Assembly (NCBI GenBank): GCA_964575955.1
Contig: CAZNTG010000011.1
Coordinates: 1-62,399 of the forward strand
Length of the DNA stretch: 62,399 nt
Direction of reading: 5' to 3'
Source of the DNA: an uncultured Thermoproteaceae archaeon
Lineage (GTDB): Archaea > Thermoproteota > Thermoprotei > Thermoproteales > Thermocladiaceae
In this document: piece by piece, positions 9,691-20,596 of the stretch
Layout: the number at the start of each line of letters is the position of its first letter
How positions within the stretch are numbered: the first letter of the stretch is position 1
Notes under the pieces: generated by a model
What the model saw: the letters and a program-made list of their open reading frames with translations, nothing else
Databases searched by the model: none
What the model was told of the DNA's origin: nothing
Position numbers and translations under genes: made by a program

Positions 9691-11379
9691 ATGGAAAGTC
9701 TAGAAGCTAAATCTCATCTTGTGGATATTTCACGTTTCAATCTTCCTAAGAGATATCTACAGTTTATTAATGATTCTAAAATTCAGGAATATTATAAAGA
9801 GAAGTTTGATCTTCCTCCAACATGTAGAGTTGTGAAGAAGACTAATAGTGTATGTCCAATATGTAGGAGAATTGTTGAAGCTGTAGTATATGAACATGAT
9901 GGTGCAATATGGATTAAGAAGAGCTGTCCTGAACATGGAATGTTTTTAGATATGTATTGGGGTGATGCAGAGCTATACTACTACTATATTCAGTGGGACA
10001 GGTGTGAGTATATTGGTAGTGGTGTTGAAAATCCTAATGTAGATTGGGAACATGTCAGGAAGAGTGGTCTATGTCCATATGCTTGTGGTCTATGCCCAAT
10101 GCATAGGTCATGTACAATACTTGCAATAATTGACGTAACTAATAGATGTAATATGAGATGTCCAATATGTTTTGCAGATATTAAGACAAGTCTAGAATAT
10201 GTATACGAACCTGATATTGAGACTATAGATAAGATGTTGAAGACTTTAAGAAATGAAAGACCTTGGGCTCCAAATGCACTACAATACTCAGGTGGTGAAC
10301 CAACATTGAGGAATGACCTTCCTGAACTTGTAAAACTCGCTAAAGAGAGAGGTTTTAAACATGTTGAAGTTAATACAAATGGTATAAGAATTGCACTAGA
10401 CATATCATACTATAGGAAACTTCTAGAAGCTGGAATGTCCACACTATATCTCCAATGTGATACTGTTGATCCTAAGAATATGCTAATATGGAATTATAGG
10501 AGATACGATCCTAAAGCATATGTAAACATCAGGTATAGAGTTATTGAAAATGCTAGAAAGATTGGACATAGATCTATAGTACTAGTTGTAACAGCTATAA
10601 AAGGATATAATGATAAAGATCTTGGAAAAATCGTAGAATTTGCAATAGAGAATAGAGATGTTGTTAGATGGGTAAATATACAACCTGTAGCATTTGCAGG
10701 TATGGCAAGACTATACACTCAGGAAGAGCTTAGAAAGATGAGAATAACAATACCAGATGTAATAATTGAAATTGAGAAACAGACAAACGGTCTTATAAGT
10801 AGGTGGGATTGGAGACCTGTAAATTGGCCTGTAGCACTTGCAAAAGCACTACAAGCATTAACAGGTGAGGTTAAGCCTCTCTTCACGAATAATCCTGTAT
10901 GTGGTGCATCAGCATTTATATACTACGATCCTGATAGAAAGATGCCAATACCAATAACTAGAATTGTAGATGTTGATGATTTTGAAAAGATGTGTTGGGA
11001 TATCTATAACACAGCTATAAAAGGTGGTGTATGGAGAAGTATTGCAAAGACAAAATTATTAAAACTTGTGAAGTATGTAAGACATAAACTTATAAGAGAT
11101 TTAATACTAAATGTAGTATTGAAGAGAGACTATGAATCACTTGGACAACTAATGTTCAATATTGTTGGTCTAGGAATAATGCACTTCATGGACTGTATGA
11201 ACTATGATATTGAGAGAGTCAGGAGATGCACTATACACTACGCAACTCCTGATGGTAAGATAATGCCATTCTGTACATATAACAACTTCCATAGACCAAA
11301 TGTTGAGAGAAGATTTTGCATACCTGTTGAAGAATGGTTAAAAAGACATCCAGGTAAATCAATATCAAGCTACGTATAA
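9691..11379 (+). CDS. tes: Tetraether lipid synthase (Tes/GDGT-MAS, MJ0619-like radical SAM)
   Basis: N-terminal CPIC...KKSCPEHG metal site, CPYACGLCPMH, DVTNRCNMRCPICFA, MHFMD..NYDIERVRRCTIHYATPDG..PFCTYN. Confidence 0.88.
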   Translation: MESLEAKSHLVDISRFNLPKRYLQFINDSKIQEYYKEKFDLPPTCRVVKKTNSVCPICRRIVEAVVYEHDGAIWIKKSCPEHGMFLDMYWGDAELYYYYIQWDRCEYIGSGVENPNVDWEHVRKSGLCPYACGLCPMHRSCTILAIIDVTNRCNMRCPICFADIKTSLEYVYEPDIETIDKMLKTLRNERPWAPNALQYSGGEPTLRNDLPELVKLAKERGFKHVEVNTNGIRIALDISYYRKLLEAGMSTLYLQCDTVDPKNMLIWNYRRYDPKAYVNIRYRVIENARKIGHRSIVLVVTAIKGYNDKDLGKIVEFAIENRDVVRWVNIQPVAFAGMARLYTQEELRKMRITIPDVIIEIEKQTNGLISRWDWRPVNWPVALAKALQALTGEVKPLFTNNPVCGASAFIYYDPDRKMPIPITRIVDVDDFEKMCWDIYNTAIKGGVWRSIAKTKLLKLVKYVRHKLIRDLILNVVLKRDYESLGQLMFNIVGLGIMHFMDCMNYDIERVRRCTIHYATPDGKIMPFCTYNNFHRPNVERRFCIPVEEWLKRHPGKSISSYV

Positions 11380-12494
11380 TGGATCTAGTAAAGTATGTGG
11401 AGTTTAAGAGAAAGTTGAGAAAATACTTAGAGGAGAAGCTAAGTCCTGAGTCTATATCTAAAGCTTCTCAAGATCATCACTCAAAGAGACCTCCAAGACC
11501 TTGTGGTATGACAGTACATACAGGTATTGGATGTTCACTATGTTGTACATATTGCTACATATATGATATGGGATTCCCAAGAAAAGTAACTAAATACCCA
11601 CTAACAGGACTTGAAATGCTCTATGCATTAACAATAAATCCATACTTCGCACCTGGGAGAGGAGGTACTATGATAGCTATGGGTGCAGTATCTGAACCGT
11701 TCCTACAAGAAACTTTAGATCGAAGTTTAGAATATATAAAGACTTTCGGAACTATAGGTAATCCTACACAGATAAGTACTAAAGTTCCAATAGACGAACA
11801 TTATGTTAAAATCATAGCTGAGGCATGTCCACATATAAGTTTTCTGGTAACTGTAATATCTTTAAGAAATTATAGAAAACTTGAACCATTAGCACCAAAT
11901 CCTGAAGATAGATTAAGATTTTGCGGTATATTGACTAGATATGGAATTCATGTATCAATATTTATGAGACCAATAATTCCAGGAATTACAGATGTAGAAG
12001 CTGAAGACATATTAAATATAGCTAAGTCGTATGGTGTTAAGAATGTTGTTTTAGGAACATTGAGAGTTACTAAGAGAATATTCAAAAACTTGTTAAAGGT
12101 GGGTATAGACTTATCTAATAGAATATCGAGATTATCGGATAGAGATCAATATCCTATAAAAGGTCATGATTTGAAAATTAAAATATTTAAAATTGCTGAA
12201 AAGCTTGGTTTTAAAGTATTTGAAGCTGCATGTGGTGCTAATATAGAAGCTTCAAATCTTGCATGTATTGCATGTGAGTGGGGTCCATGTGGAGATTTAA
12301 ATAAACTACCTGAAGTATCTGAGAAAGATATTGTTGAATTATGTAGAGAGCTTGGTTATGAGGTAGAAAGTGTATCTATCACAGGTAGAGATGAGAAGAT
12401 ACAAGTACATGTTAAGTCAGGTCCTAGTCTTAAGATTCTTGAAGTTTGGCTTAAGGAGCTTACTAGAAGGAAAGTTCTAGTCAGGAGAGTATAG
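11379..12494 (+). CDS. Radical SAM protein (SplB-like crenarchaeal family), function unknown
   Basis: HTGIGCSLCCTYCY, SEPF, QISTK, RPIIPG; TAATG coupling to tes. Confidence 0.75.
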   Translation: MDLVKYVEFKRKLRKYLEEKLSPESISKASQDHHSKRPPRPCGMTVHTGIGCSLCCTYCYIYDMGFPRKVTKYPLTGLEMLYALTINPYFAPGRGGTMIAMGAVSEPFLQETLDRSLEYIKTFGTIGNPTQISTKVPIDEHYVKIIAEACPHISFLVTVISLRNYRKLEPLAPNPEDRLRFCGILTRYGIHVSIFMRPIIPGITDVEAEDILNIAKSYGVKNVVLGTLRVTKRIFKNLLKVGIDLSNRISRLSDRDQYPIKGHDLKIKIFKIAEKLGFKVFEAACGANIEASNLACIACEWGPCGDLNKLPEVSEKDIVELCRELGYEVESVSITGRDEKIQVHVKSGPSLKILEVWLKELTRRKVLVRRV

Positions 12495-12499
12495 GTATA

Positions 12500-13210
12500 C
12501 TATCTATATGGTACTACTTCAAAGATAACTACTCTCTCACTCTTAGCATGTGAATTACATGTGAATGGTCTTCCAAAAATTTTACTAGCAATACCACTTA
12601 AAACACCTCTTAAGAAGTGTATTAATGCTGTCTTTATGTCTATATCAAGAGCTATCTCAATCTTATTTGCACTTAAGTGTAGTACTGAAAAACTTCTAAA
12701 AAATCCTGATATTTTTAGATATTCTAATGTTGTTATCAATCTCTCGCTCAATTTCTCATCACTAAGCTCTAAAGTATCAACTAGCTCTTTACCATATACA
12801 TGTCCAAGTCTGAATAGTATTGGTAATATTACTTCAGAACCACCGCATCTAATAACATCATCTACAGCCTTCTCTAGAGGTTCAATACTCAATGTTATGT
12901 ATTGAGGAGATCTATCTACAAGTATTCTAGAACTTTCAACACTTCTCTTCACAAGTCCTGAAACTTTACCCTCTTCTTCAGGTTTGCAGGATATTGCTAG
13001 ACCAATCTCATCATTTAGAAATCTTATCAATTTTGGTTCTCCTCTTCCCTCTCTAATAATCATTGTGAGAGTTTCTGCAAGTTTCTCTAATTGACCTGGT
13101 CTCATCTTACCCATTATAAACAAGGTCTGTGGCCCTCTCTCAATTCCTCTCATGCTGACTATTCTTAATATAATTGATAACGAGTTTATAAATTTATTTA
13201 CAATTAACAA
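12500..13210 (-). CDS. Degenerate ACT-like plus V4R-domain protein
   Basis: ILFRLGHVYGKEL and HFLRGVLSGIASKIFG are V4R-like; similar architecture to the neighbouring gene. Confidence 0.55.
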   Translation of the reverse strand: MLIVNKFINSLSIILRIVSMRGIERGPQTLFIMGKMRPGQLEKLAETLTMIIREGRGEPKLIRFLNDEIGLAISCKPEEEGKVSGLVKRSVESSRILVDRSPQYITLSIEPLEKAVDDVIRCGGSEVILPILFRLGHVYGKELVDTLELSDEKLSERLITTLEYLKISGFFRSFSVLHLSANKIEIALDIDIKTALIHFLRGVLSGIASKIFGRPFTCNSHAKSERVVIFEVVPYR

Positions 13211-13235
13211 TTGTCAATACAATTCTAAGAAATGC

Positions 13236-13973
13236 TTAAGAACTAGATAACATAGATATAACAACTTCATACTCAGTTAAGTTACATTTAACACGCTCAT
13301 CAACTATACGCATACTTGGAATACACTTCTCTAAAGAACCTGTGAGTAGGCCTTTAGTGAAGTAACAATTTTCTAGACATTTAACGCCTCTAAGTTCTAA
13401 TGGCTCTTTTAACACTATTACAAGTTTATTCTCTACAATATCAATCTTAAACTCTTTTAACAGGTTTAGAGATCTCATAATATTCAACAATGCAGTTAAC
13501 CTTAGTACGGTATTTTCAATTTTTGAAAGTTCTTCAGCATAATACTGTGCTAGGCATTGACCATACATATATCCAAGCTTGTAAAATATAGATGCTGCAA
13601 CAGGTTCTCCATAATTATTCGAAATTTCTTTAATAGCATCCTGTATGATGTTTATCGGAAATATTACAACATCTGGAACAGTTTCTGAACCTGTAAGTTC
13701 AAAAACATGTATATCAAGTACAAACTCAAGATCTTTTAATTTTTCTAATACTAGCGGTACATAGTTTTCAGCAAAAATCGTTATTTGAGCTTCTTTCTTG
13801 TTGTTTATTACTCCTCTATGAAATACGTGTGATGATGCTATGTTTATTCCTGCTTCAGCTAAAATTTTCGTACATGCTTGAAGTACGCCGGGTCTGTCTA
13901 TTACACGAAGTGATAACATGTGTATCCTAGGCTTGTTCTTGTTATTCTCTACGGACTTTAATCCCAATACCAT
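13236..13973 (-). CDS. ACT plus V4R domain protein (putative ligand-binding regulator)
   Basis: DRPGVL...GINI (ACT); FYKLGYMYG and CYFTKGLLTG...ERVKC (V4R). Confidence 0.75.
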   Translation of the reverse strand: MVLGLKSVENNKNKPRIHMLSLRVIDRPGVLQACTKILAEAGINIASSHVFHRGVINNKKEAQITIFAENYVPLVLEKLKDLEFVLDIHVFELTGSETVPDVVIFPINIIQDAIKEISNNYGEPVAASIFYKLGYMYGQCLAQYYAEELSKIENTVLRLTALLNIMRSLNLLKEFKIDIVENKLVIVLKEPLELRGVKCLENCYFTKGLLTGSLEKCIPSMRIVDERVKCNLTEYEVVISMLSSS

Positions 13974-14142
13974 ATAAAATTTTTCAATAAAACTCGTATA
14001 TATAATCTTTCACTTTGACACTCTCTGACAGTATCTCACTATGTTTTCGAGATTATGAAATACTTCTATGTGTATTAATGATACATGTTGAACTGTTTCA
14101 ATGCTTCTTACCGTTATATGTATTTCAATCTCTATTTTTGAA

Positions 14143-14916
14143 CTATGGTTTTCTTAAGAATATTAAGAATCCTGTGTGTGCTATCATCCAAGTCTCTGGT
14201 CTAAGCTCATCTGGATTCGGTTTCCATTTACGTAATCCTATCTCTACAACTTCAACATCTATGAATCTTACTTCTCTATTCTTTCTCAAAACTTTTTCAA
14301 CTTGTAGAATGCTTGGTACATATATTGTTAATGTACATCCATGTTTTAATATTCTATAAGCTTCATTCATGACATCCCAAGGTCTACCCATGTCTAGAAC
14401 TACCGCATCTACATAATTATCAGGTAGGTCAAATCCATCTTTAATAACATCTCTCTCTTTAAATTCTACATATTTTTCAAGTCCAACCATTGATAAGTTT
14501 CTCTTTGCAATTTCTATGAATTCTCTCCTACATTCATATGATATTACTTTACCATTAGGCTTCACATAGTATGCTAGGAATGTTGTCATGAATCCACTAC
14601 CACATCCTGATTCTACAACAATACTTCCTGAAGATATTCCTGATTTGAGTATTATGTATGCAGCATCTTTTGGATATATTACTTGTGTCGGTCTTTCATA
14701 CTTCTCAAACATTATATCTTCAATTCTTGGCTTTGTAATAATAATCTCATGTCCAAGACTTGTCTTTATTTTAGAACCATATTCAACACCTATGACATTT
14801 TCTAAATTTACAACACCTCTAATAGTACATATCTGTTTCCCCCTTTCAACTCTTGAGACTATCCTAACTTTATCACTATAAAGTAATATCCAATCACCTT
14901 CTCTAACACTTGACAT
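14143..14916 (-). CDS. trmI: tRNA (adenine57/58-N1)-methyltransferase
   Basis: QVIYPKD, ESGCGSG, DAVVLDMGRPW, HTGFL. Confidence 0.92.
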   Translation of the reverse strand: MSSVREGDWILLYSDKVRIVSRVERGKQICTIRGVVNLENVIGVEYGSKIKTSLGHEIIITKPRIEDIMFEKYERPTQVIYPKDAAYIILKSGISSGSIVVESGCGSGFMTTFLAYYVKPNGKVISYECRREFIEIAKRNLSMVGLEKYVEFKERDVIKDGFDLPDNYVDAVVLDMGRPWDVMNEAYRILKHGCTLTIYVPSILQVEKVLRKNREVRFIDVEVVEIGLRKWKPNPDELRPETWMIAHTGFLIFLRKP

Positions 14917-14951
14917 ATCTCAAAATATTAGATTAAGATCTTTAGGAAAAA

Positions 14952-16175
14952 TTACTTCTTCGATAATAATGCTATGAAAAATCCAGGTGAGAAATCGTGA
15001 ATATGTGGTAGAAATCTTGCAACCATATAATCCCAATCGTTACCTGAAATTCCAATCTCTTTATATGGTATATCTACATACTCTAATTCAAATCCTATCT
15101 TCAAAGCTTCTTCAACAACTTTCTCATTCTCTAGGACAGTTATTGTACATGTAGAGTAGATTAATTTACCACCTCTCTTCAATAATCTATATGCAGGTTT
15201 TAGAAATTGAAGTTGATATCTATATGAAACTTCTACATCTCTCATAGTTTTAACTTCGATCAATTTAGGTCTAACACCAAGACTTGTACATGGTGGATCT
15301 ATTAATACTTTATCAACTTTATTAACAATTTTTGGAAAATCTACATCTATATATCTAGAATCGTGAATTAAGATATCACACATGTTATACATTTTCAATC
15401 TATTTAAACTATCTATAGTATCTTTAACTTTTGGAAAACTTCTATCAAAAGCTAAAACTCTACATCTACCTACCTGTATTATATGTGTCAATTTTCCACC
15501 TGGTGCACAATTCATATCAACCACTAGCTCACTATGGTTAGGATTTAATATTTTTGCAACCCATTGTGCAGCAATACTTTGATCATATATCAAACCTCCT
15601 TTATATTCTTCAAGTTCTCTTAATGATGGTACTCTATACTTAGTTATTAACACTTTAACAGCAATTCCCTTTCTACTCTTCCTAATTTCATCTTCACTCA
15701 TCTGAGCAATACCATATCCAACTTCTTCACCTGTCGGTGCAATTATGGTAACTTCATCACCCTTCTTAACACCTTTAGCCTTTACAACTCCTGGAGCGTA
15801 TAGATTAGCTCCAACATATACACTCTCAGCAGCGTATTTGTCAGCTACAACTATCTTTCTACAGGATGGTATTTTGAAAGGACCTTCAACTTCAAACCAT
15901 AGTGCTTCAGGAATGTGTTCATCTAGATGTACCTTATAGCCTTTATCTTTCAATTTTCTATAGAGTTCGTAGGGATCTACTAGTAACGTATTAACTCTAA
16001 CATAATATCTACTTGTTGGTTTTCTAATACTTCTAAAAATACTATCAATCTCTCTATCATTGAAATACTCTGTCAGATACCTATACAACTCTCTATCTAT
16101 AAATATACCTCTCACAATCTCAATCAATCCTTCAAATCTAGTCTTAGGCATGTATGGTTTACCATCCCTCTTCAC
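14952..16175 (-). CDS. PUA-domain RsmB/NOP RNA m5C methyltransferase (NSUN6-like)
   Basis: PUA (GANLYAPGV), DMNCAPGGK, DPPCT, YSTCT. Confidence 0.85.
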   Translation of the reverse strand: MKRDGKPYMPKTRFEGLIEIVRGIFIDRELYRYLTEYFNDREIDSIFRSIRKPTSRYYVRVNTLLVDPYELYRKLKDKGYKVHLDEHIPEALWFEVEGPFKIPSCRKIVVADKYAAESVYVGANLYAPGVVKAKGVKKGDEVTIIAPTGEEVGYGIAQMSEDEIRKSRKGIAVKVLITKYRVPSLRELEEYKGGLIYDQSIAAQWVAKILNPNHSELVVDMNCAPGGKLTHIIQVGRCRVLAFDRSFPKVKDTIDSLNRLKMYNMCDILIHDSRYIDVDFPKIVNKVDKVLIDPPCTSLGVRPKLIEVKTMRDVEVSYRYQLQFLKPAYRLLKRGGKLIYSTCTITVLENEKVVEEALKIGFELEYVDIPYKEIGISGNDWDYMVARFLPHIHDFSPGFFIALLSKK

Positions 16176-16306
16176 TATTAGATCAGGTATAGTATTGTGG
16201 AGATATTAAGTCATTTTCTAATAATCTCAAACTTTAATATTCTTACCATCGCTGTTCGATTTCTAAATGAGAAACTTTTAAAAAGTAAAACTACGCATTA
16301 CTCTAT

Positions 16307-16990
16307 ATGCCAACTCAAATGCCTACAATAGGTGAAAAATTTCCAGATATTGAAGTTGAAACAACTATAGGAAGATTGAAACTTCCAGAATACTTTAAAG
16401 GTAGATGGTTCGTACTTTTCAGCCATCCTGCAGATTTCACACCTGTATGTACTACAGAGTTTATAGCATTTGCATTGAAGTATGAAGATTTTAAGAGATT
16501 GAATACTGAGTTGATAGGTTTGAGTATAGACAGTGTATATAGTCATATCAAATGGATTGAATGGATAAGAGAGAAGTTTGGTATTGAAATAAAGTTTCCA
16601 ATAATTGCAGATCCTAGAGGTGAAATTGCTAGTAGATTAGGAATGCTTCATGCACAATCAGCATCACATACAGTTAGGACAGTATTTATAGTCGATGATA
16701 ATGGAATAATTAGAGCAATACTATACTATCCACAGGAAGTTGGTAGAAATGTATACGAAATTTTAAGACTTGTAAAAGCTCTACAAATATCCTCAAAATA
16801 TGGAGTTGCACTACCAGCAAACTGGCCACATAATGAGCTAATTAAAGATAGAGCTATAATACCACCAGCCAAGACTATCGAAGAAGCTAAAGAGAGATTG
16901 AAAAAGTATGAATGTTATGACTGGTGGTTCTGTCATAGGGAAGTATCTAGAGAAGATATCGAAGATGCATATAGATACTTCAAAGTCTGA
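16307..16990 (+). CDS. Peroxiredoxin (archaeal Prx6 type)
   Basis: [22 protein letters not shown]. Confidence 0.95.
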   Translation: MPTQMPTIGEKFPDIEVETTIGRLKLPEYFKGRWFVLFSHPADFTPVCTTEFIAFALKYEDFKRLNTELIGLSIDSVYSHIKWIEWIREKFGIEIKFPIIADPRGEIASRLGMLHAQSASHTVRTVFIVDDNGIIRAILYYPQEVGRNVYEILRLVKALQISSKYGVALPANWPHNELIKDRAIIPPAKTIEEAKERLKKYECYDWWFCHREVSREDIEDAYRYFKV

Positions 16991-19067
16991 AATTTAGAAT
17001 TTTCTTAACAGCATTCTTAACAATATCTCTAGCACTTATCTCATCAATATTTAAACTAGCTGCAACATCTTTAATACTCTTACCCTGAATAATTTTACAA
17101 ATTAATGCCACAAGTTCACTCTTACTAAATAGATCATACTTCTCACTATTTAGTAAATATTCTACAAGTTTTATATAAGCAACATCTTGAACATACTCAA
17201 CTTCATAATTTTCAAAATATTTTAAAAATATACTACGTCTTCTATCCTGTAAGCTAGATATTGAGAGTTTAATACTCGACTTAACATCTAAGTTAAGTAT
17301 TATCTCAGTAAGTATTTCAGAATCAAGATCTCTATAAACACTGGATGCTAATAATATTAATCTACGTTTAAAATCTTGCAATATACCTACTACAAAATCT
17401 ATACATCTATCACTTATGGGTTTTAATACACCATAATTATAATCTCCAGTTACTTTATTAAATCTTGGAGATATGTAGAATGGTTTATACATATTTCTAA
17501 ACCAAAATTTCAAAACTTCACTTCTTGAAAATAGTGAAGATATAATATCAATACCCCTAACCTTAGCAATATCTTCAATATATTTCAATAATCTACTTCC
17601 AATACCTCTTCTTTGAAATCTAGAGTGTACTGCTATTCTATGAATTCTCCATATTCTAAATCTATAAATGCTGGATGTTCCATATCTTGAAAGTATTGTA
17701 AATGTACTAAGTCCTGGAAGAATACTTCCTGAAATAGCTTTATCAATAATCTTCTTAGTAGAATGTTCAACTCTTACATGAGCTACAGCTACAGGTTTAC
17801 CATCATATTCACATGTAAATAATATATGTTCATCACTATCTAAAATGTACTCAATATCGTCTGGACTATATCTATAATGTGCATCTCTAAGTATTGTTAT
17901 AAGTCTTCTAAAATATTCAACATCCTTAATAAGGTAATCCTTATCAACAATCTTAAATTTTAATTTTTCTAAATTTATAAAGTCTAAATAATCTTCAGAA
18001 CTATCTAATACGTAGGTATAGTTCAACCATCTCTCTAGTGGATCATTTATACAATATCTAACAGGTTCATATAAATCTACAACTATCCCTAATCCTTTTC
18101 TTAAAACTTCATTTTGAATATAATGCTCGTAGTATTTTCCTGTACCTTCATAGCCATATGTTGTTATTGTTATTATAACTTTATAACATTTAGATAAGAT
18201 TTTTCTAAATCTACTAATACCAATTCTAGAAGCTTCATCTATCATAACTATAGGCGAGACTATCTTCGAACCTGGTTCAACAATTCTTACTGTGTATTCA
18301 TCTATTTTTATCATATTTTTTGAAAATTGTGCATCTTTTCCTGATGCTTTCTCTAGACCTTTAATGTAGGAGTCTGGTATATCTTCTGAAGGATATATAA
18401 GTTCTATAAATGGTATGTTATATTTAGTGAATAGTATGTATGTTAGATAGCCTAGTAGGAATGTCTTACCTCTACCTCTACCACCTCTAATAATTAGAAC
18501 TTTCTTCTTAATATCTTTCATAAATTTTTCAAATATTTCTAGACATCTTCTTTGGCTATCTGTAAACTCTTGAATACTATATTTCAATTCTATATTTGGA
18601 ATTTTATGAACTATTACATCATTTTTATGAATTATTAAACAACATTCACATTTCTCTAGCATTAGTTTAATATATTTGTCATATCTAACTCCAAATCTTC
18701 CAATATTTTGACTATACATATCTTCAAAATATAGTGTTAACACTCCCCCACTTCTTATTGTTTCTGAGACTGTACATACCATGTTTGGATTTAGTTTAGA
18801 TTTTCTAAGATCTATAATTACGTAATCATATTCATGTCCTAGAACTTCTCTATACTTATCTATCTCTACTACATCTATCTTCATTCCATATTTTGATAAA
18901 TCTTCTATATTTGATGTTAGTAGTAGTACATCTCTACCATATCTACTTAGTGTGTTTAATACTTTTTCAAATTCTAATCTATCACATGCTAGAATTCCTC
19001 TTAAATTTCTTCTCTTAACTTCAAGTATATATTTTTCAACTATATCTAGGACATGTCTATTCATCAT
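16980..19067 (-). CDS. tmcA: RNA cytidine acetyltransferase (TmcA/NAT10-like)
   Basis: [51 protein letters not shown]. Confidence 0.85.
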   Translation of the reverse strand: MMNRHVLDIVEKYILEVKRRNLRGILACDRLEFEKVLNTLSRYGRDVLLLTSNIEDLSKYGMKIDVVEIDKYREVLGHEYDYVIIDLRKSKLNPNMVCTVSETIRSGGVLTLYFEDMYSQNIGRFGVRYDKYIKLMLEKCECCLIIHKNDVIVHKIPNIELKYSIQEFTDSQRRCLEIFEKFMKDIKKKVLIIRGGRGRGKTFLLGYLTYILFTKYNIPFIELIYPSEDIPDSYIKGLEKASGKDAQFSKNMIKIDEYTVRIVEPGSKIVSPIVMIDEASRIGISRFRKILSKCYKVIITITTYGYEGTGKYYEHYIQNEVLRKGLGIVVDLYEPVRYCINDPLERWLNYTYVLDSSEDYLDFINLEKLKFKIVDKDYLIKDVEYFRRLITILRDAHYRYSPDDIEYILDSDEHILFTCEYDGKPVAVAHVRVEHSTKKIIDKAISGSILPGLSTFTILSRYGTSSIYRFRIWRIHRIAVHSRFQRRGIGSRLLKYIEDIAKVRGIDIISSLFSRSEVLKFWFRNMYKPFYISPRFNKVTGDYNYGVLKPISDRCIDFVVGILQDFKRRLILLASSVYRDLDSEILTEIILNLDVKSSIKLSISSLQDRRRSIFLKYFENYEVEYVQDVAYIKLVEYLLNSEKYDLFSKSELVALICKIIQGKSIKDVAASLNIDEISARDIVKNAVKKILNFRL

Positions 19068-19121
19068 GTGATGATTTGCCTGGGGTCTCTGACTAGTGAT
19101 GATAGGAGCACATGCTGACTT
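19064..19121 (+). ncRNA. Box C/D guide sRNA
   Basis: C GTGATGA 19068-74, guide TTTGCCTGGGGTCT, D' CTGA 19089-92, C' GTGATGA 19096-102, guide TAGGAGCACATG, D CTGA 19115-18. Confidence 0.9.
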
Positions 19122-19726
19122 TATACTTTTCGCATTATTGGTACACTACTTGCAATATCTAGATAGTTTTTCAATATCTTATATCCAAACTCTGTTCCTA
19201 TAGATTCAGGATGGAACTGAATACCATATATATGTAGTTCCTCATTTTCAATAGCCATAATCTCATTATCGTCAAGACTAATTGCTGTCAATTTAAATCC
19301 TGTAGGTACAGTATCAATTACAAGACTATGATATCTCATAGCTTTGAAAACTTCAGGTAGATCTCTCAATAATTTTGAATCTTCTACACGCTTTATAGGA
19401 CTAGTCTTACCATGCATTATCGTTCTAGCTCTCCTAATCTTAGAACCAAAAACATATCCAATAACCTGATGTCCTAGACAAACTCCAAGTATCGGTATCT
19501 TACCTTTAAGATACTTCACAACATCGATAGATACACCAACATCTCTAGGATTTTCAGGTGATCCAGGTCCTGGAGATATTATGATAGCGTCAGGCATCAT
19601 ACGTTCAATACCTCTAACATTAATCTCATCATTCCTAACAACTAGAGGTCTAGCTCCAAGCTCACCAACAATCTGAGCAATATTATACACAAAGCTATCA
19701 TAGTTATCTATTATCAATACAATCAT
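19121..19726 (-). CDS. trpG: Anthranilate synthase component II (glutamine amidotransferase)
   Basis: IDNYDSF, SPGPG, GVCLGHQ, RYHSL, QFHPES. Confidence 0.92.
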   Translation of the reverse strand: MIVLIIDNYDSFVYNIAQIVGELGARPLVVRNDEINVRGIERMMPDAIIISPGPGSPENPRDVGVSIDVVKYLKGKIPILGVCLGHQVIGYVFGSKIRRARTIMHGKTSPIKRVEDSKLLRDLPEVFKAMRYHSLVIDTVPTGFKLTAISLDDNEIMAIENEELHIYGIQFHPESIGTEFGYKILKNYLDIASSVPIMRKV

Positions 19727-19770
19727 ACCCTAACAATACGTTATGTAGATATTAAATCTTACCTAGAAGA

Positions 19771-20547
19771 ATGTTGATAAATAGTGAATTAGGTTATCAA
19801 AATATGAACATAACTTTAGAAGAAATAGTGAAATTTAGATATAAAATTATTGAAAGTTTGAAGAAGTGTATAAAGATATGTGAGAGAGAGTTACCATTAA
19901 ACTCACTTAGAGATAGTATATTAAGTAAAAACAAGACTAATAATATTGGCATAATTGTTGAATATAAAAGGTCAAGTCCACGTGGAATAGTTAGACTTGA
20001 CGTAAAACCAGATGAATATGTTGAGAAGTATAGAAATATTGCATGTGGATTTTCAGTACTTGTAGAACCATACTGGTTTTTAGGAAGTTTAGAATATATT
20101 CCATTAATTAAGAATATATCAAAATTACCAATACTTTATAAAGATTTTATAGTTGATGAATGGCAAATAGATCTTGCATGGTATTTTGGTGCAGATGCTA
20201 TTCTCCTAATATATGAAGTACTTGAAGATAAAATTGATAGATATGTTCAACACTGTCTAGATCTTGGACTTGAAGTTGTTTTAGAATCTCATGATCCAAA
20301 TATCCTCATTGAATTTTCTAAAACTTTTAATGATAGGGTTCTCCTAGGTTTAAATTCTAGAAATTTGAAGACTTTAAATGTGGAATTTGAAAAATCTTTA
20401 AATAATTTAAAGATGTTGAGAGAGAATGTTAAGAATAGGTTAATTATTTTTGAAAGTGGTATTTCTAGTTTAGATGATATTAACAATATTTGGAAGTTAG
20501 GTGCAAATGCAGTTTTAGTAGGTACATTTTTTATGAAAAGTTTCTAG
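19771..20547 (+). CDS. trpC: Indole-3-glycerol phosphate synthase (start may be ATG 19804)
   Basis: EYKRSSP, SVLVE, PILYKDF, GADAILLI, NSRNL, ESGI. Confidence 0.9.
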   Translation: MLINSELGYQNMNITLEEIVKFRYKIIESLKKCIKICERELPLNSLRDSILSKNKTNNIGIIVEYKRSSPRGIVRLDVKPDEYVEKYRNIACGFSVLVEPYWFLGSLEYIPLIKNISKLPILYKDFIVDEWQIDLAWYFGADAILLIYEVLEDKIDRYVQHCLDLGLEVVLESHDPNILIEFSKTFNDRVLLGLNSRNLKTLNVEFEKSLNNLKMLRENVKNRLIIFESGISSLDDINNIWKLGANAVLVGTFFMKSF

Positions 20548-20596
20548 TCATATACTCTAGGTATAACTTATAAATAAGACATTAAATTCGATATAT

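Noticed and set aside
14015-14359. 114-aa plus ORF
   Set aside because: Mostly antisense to trmI, TTG start, no motifs
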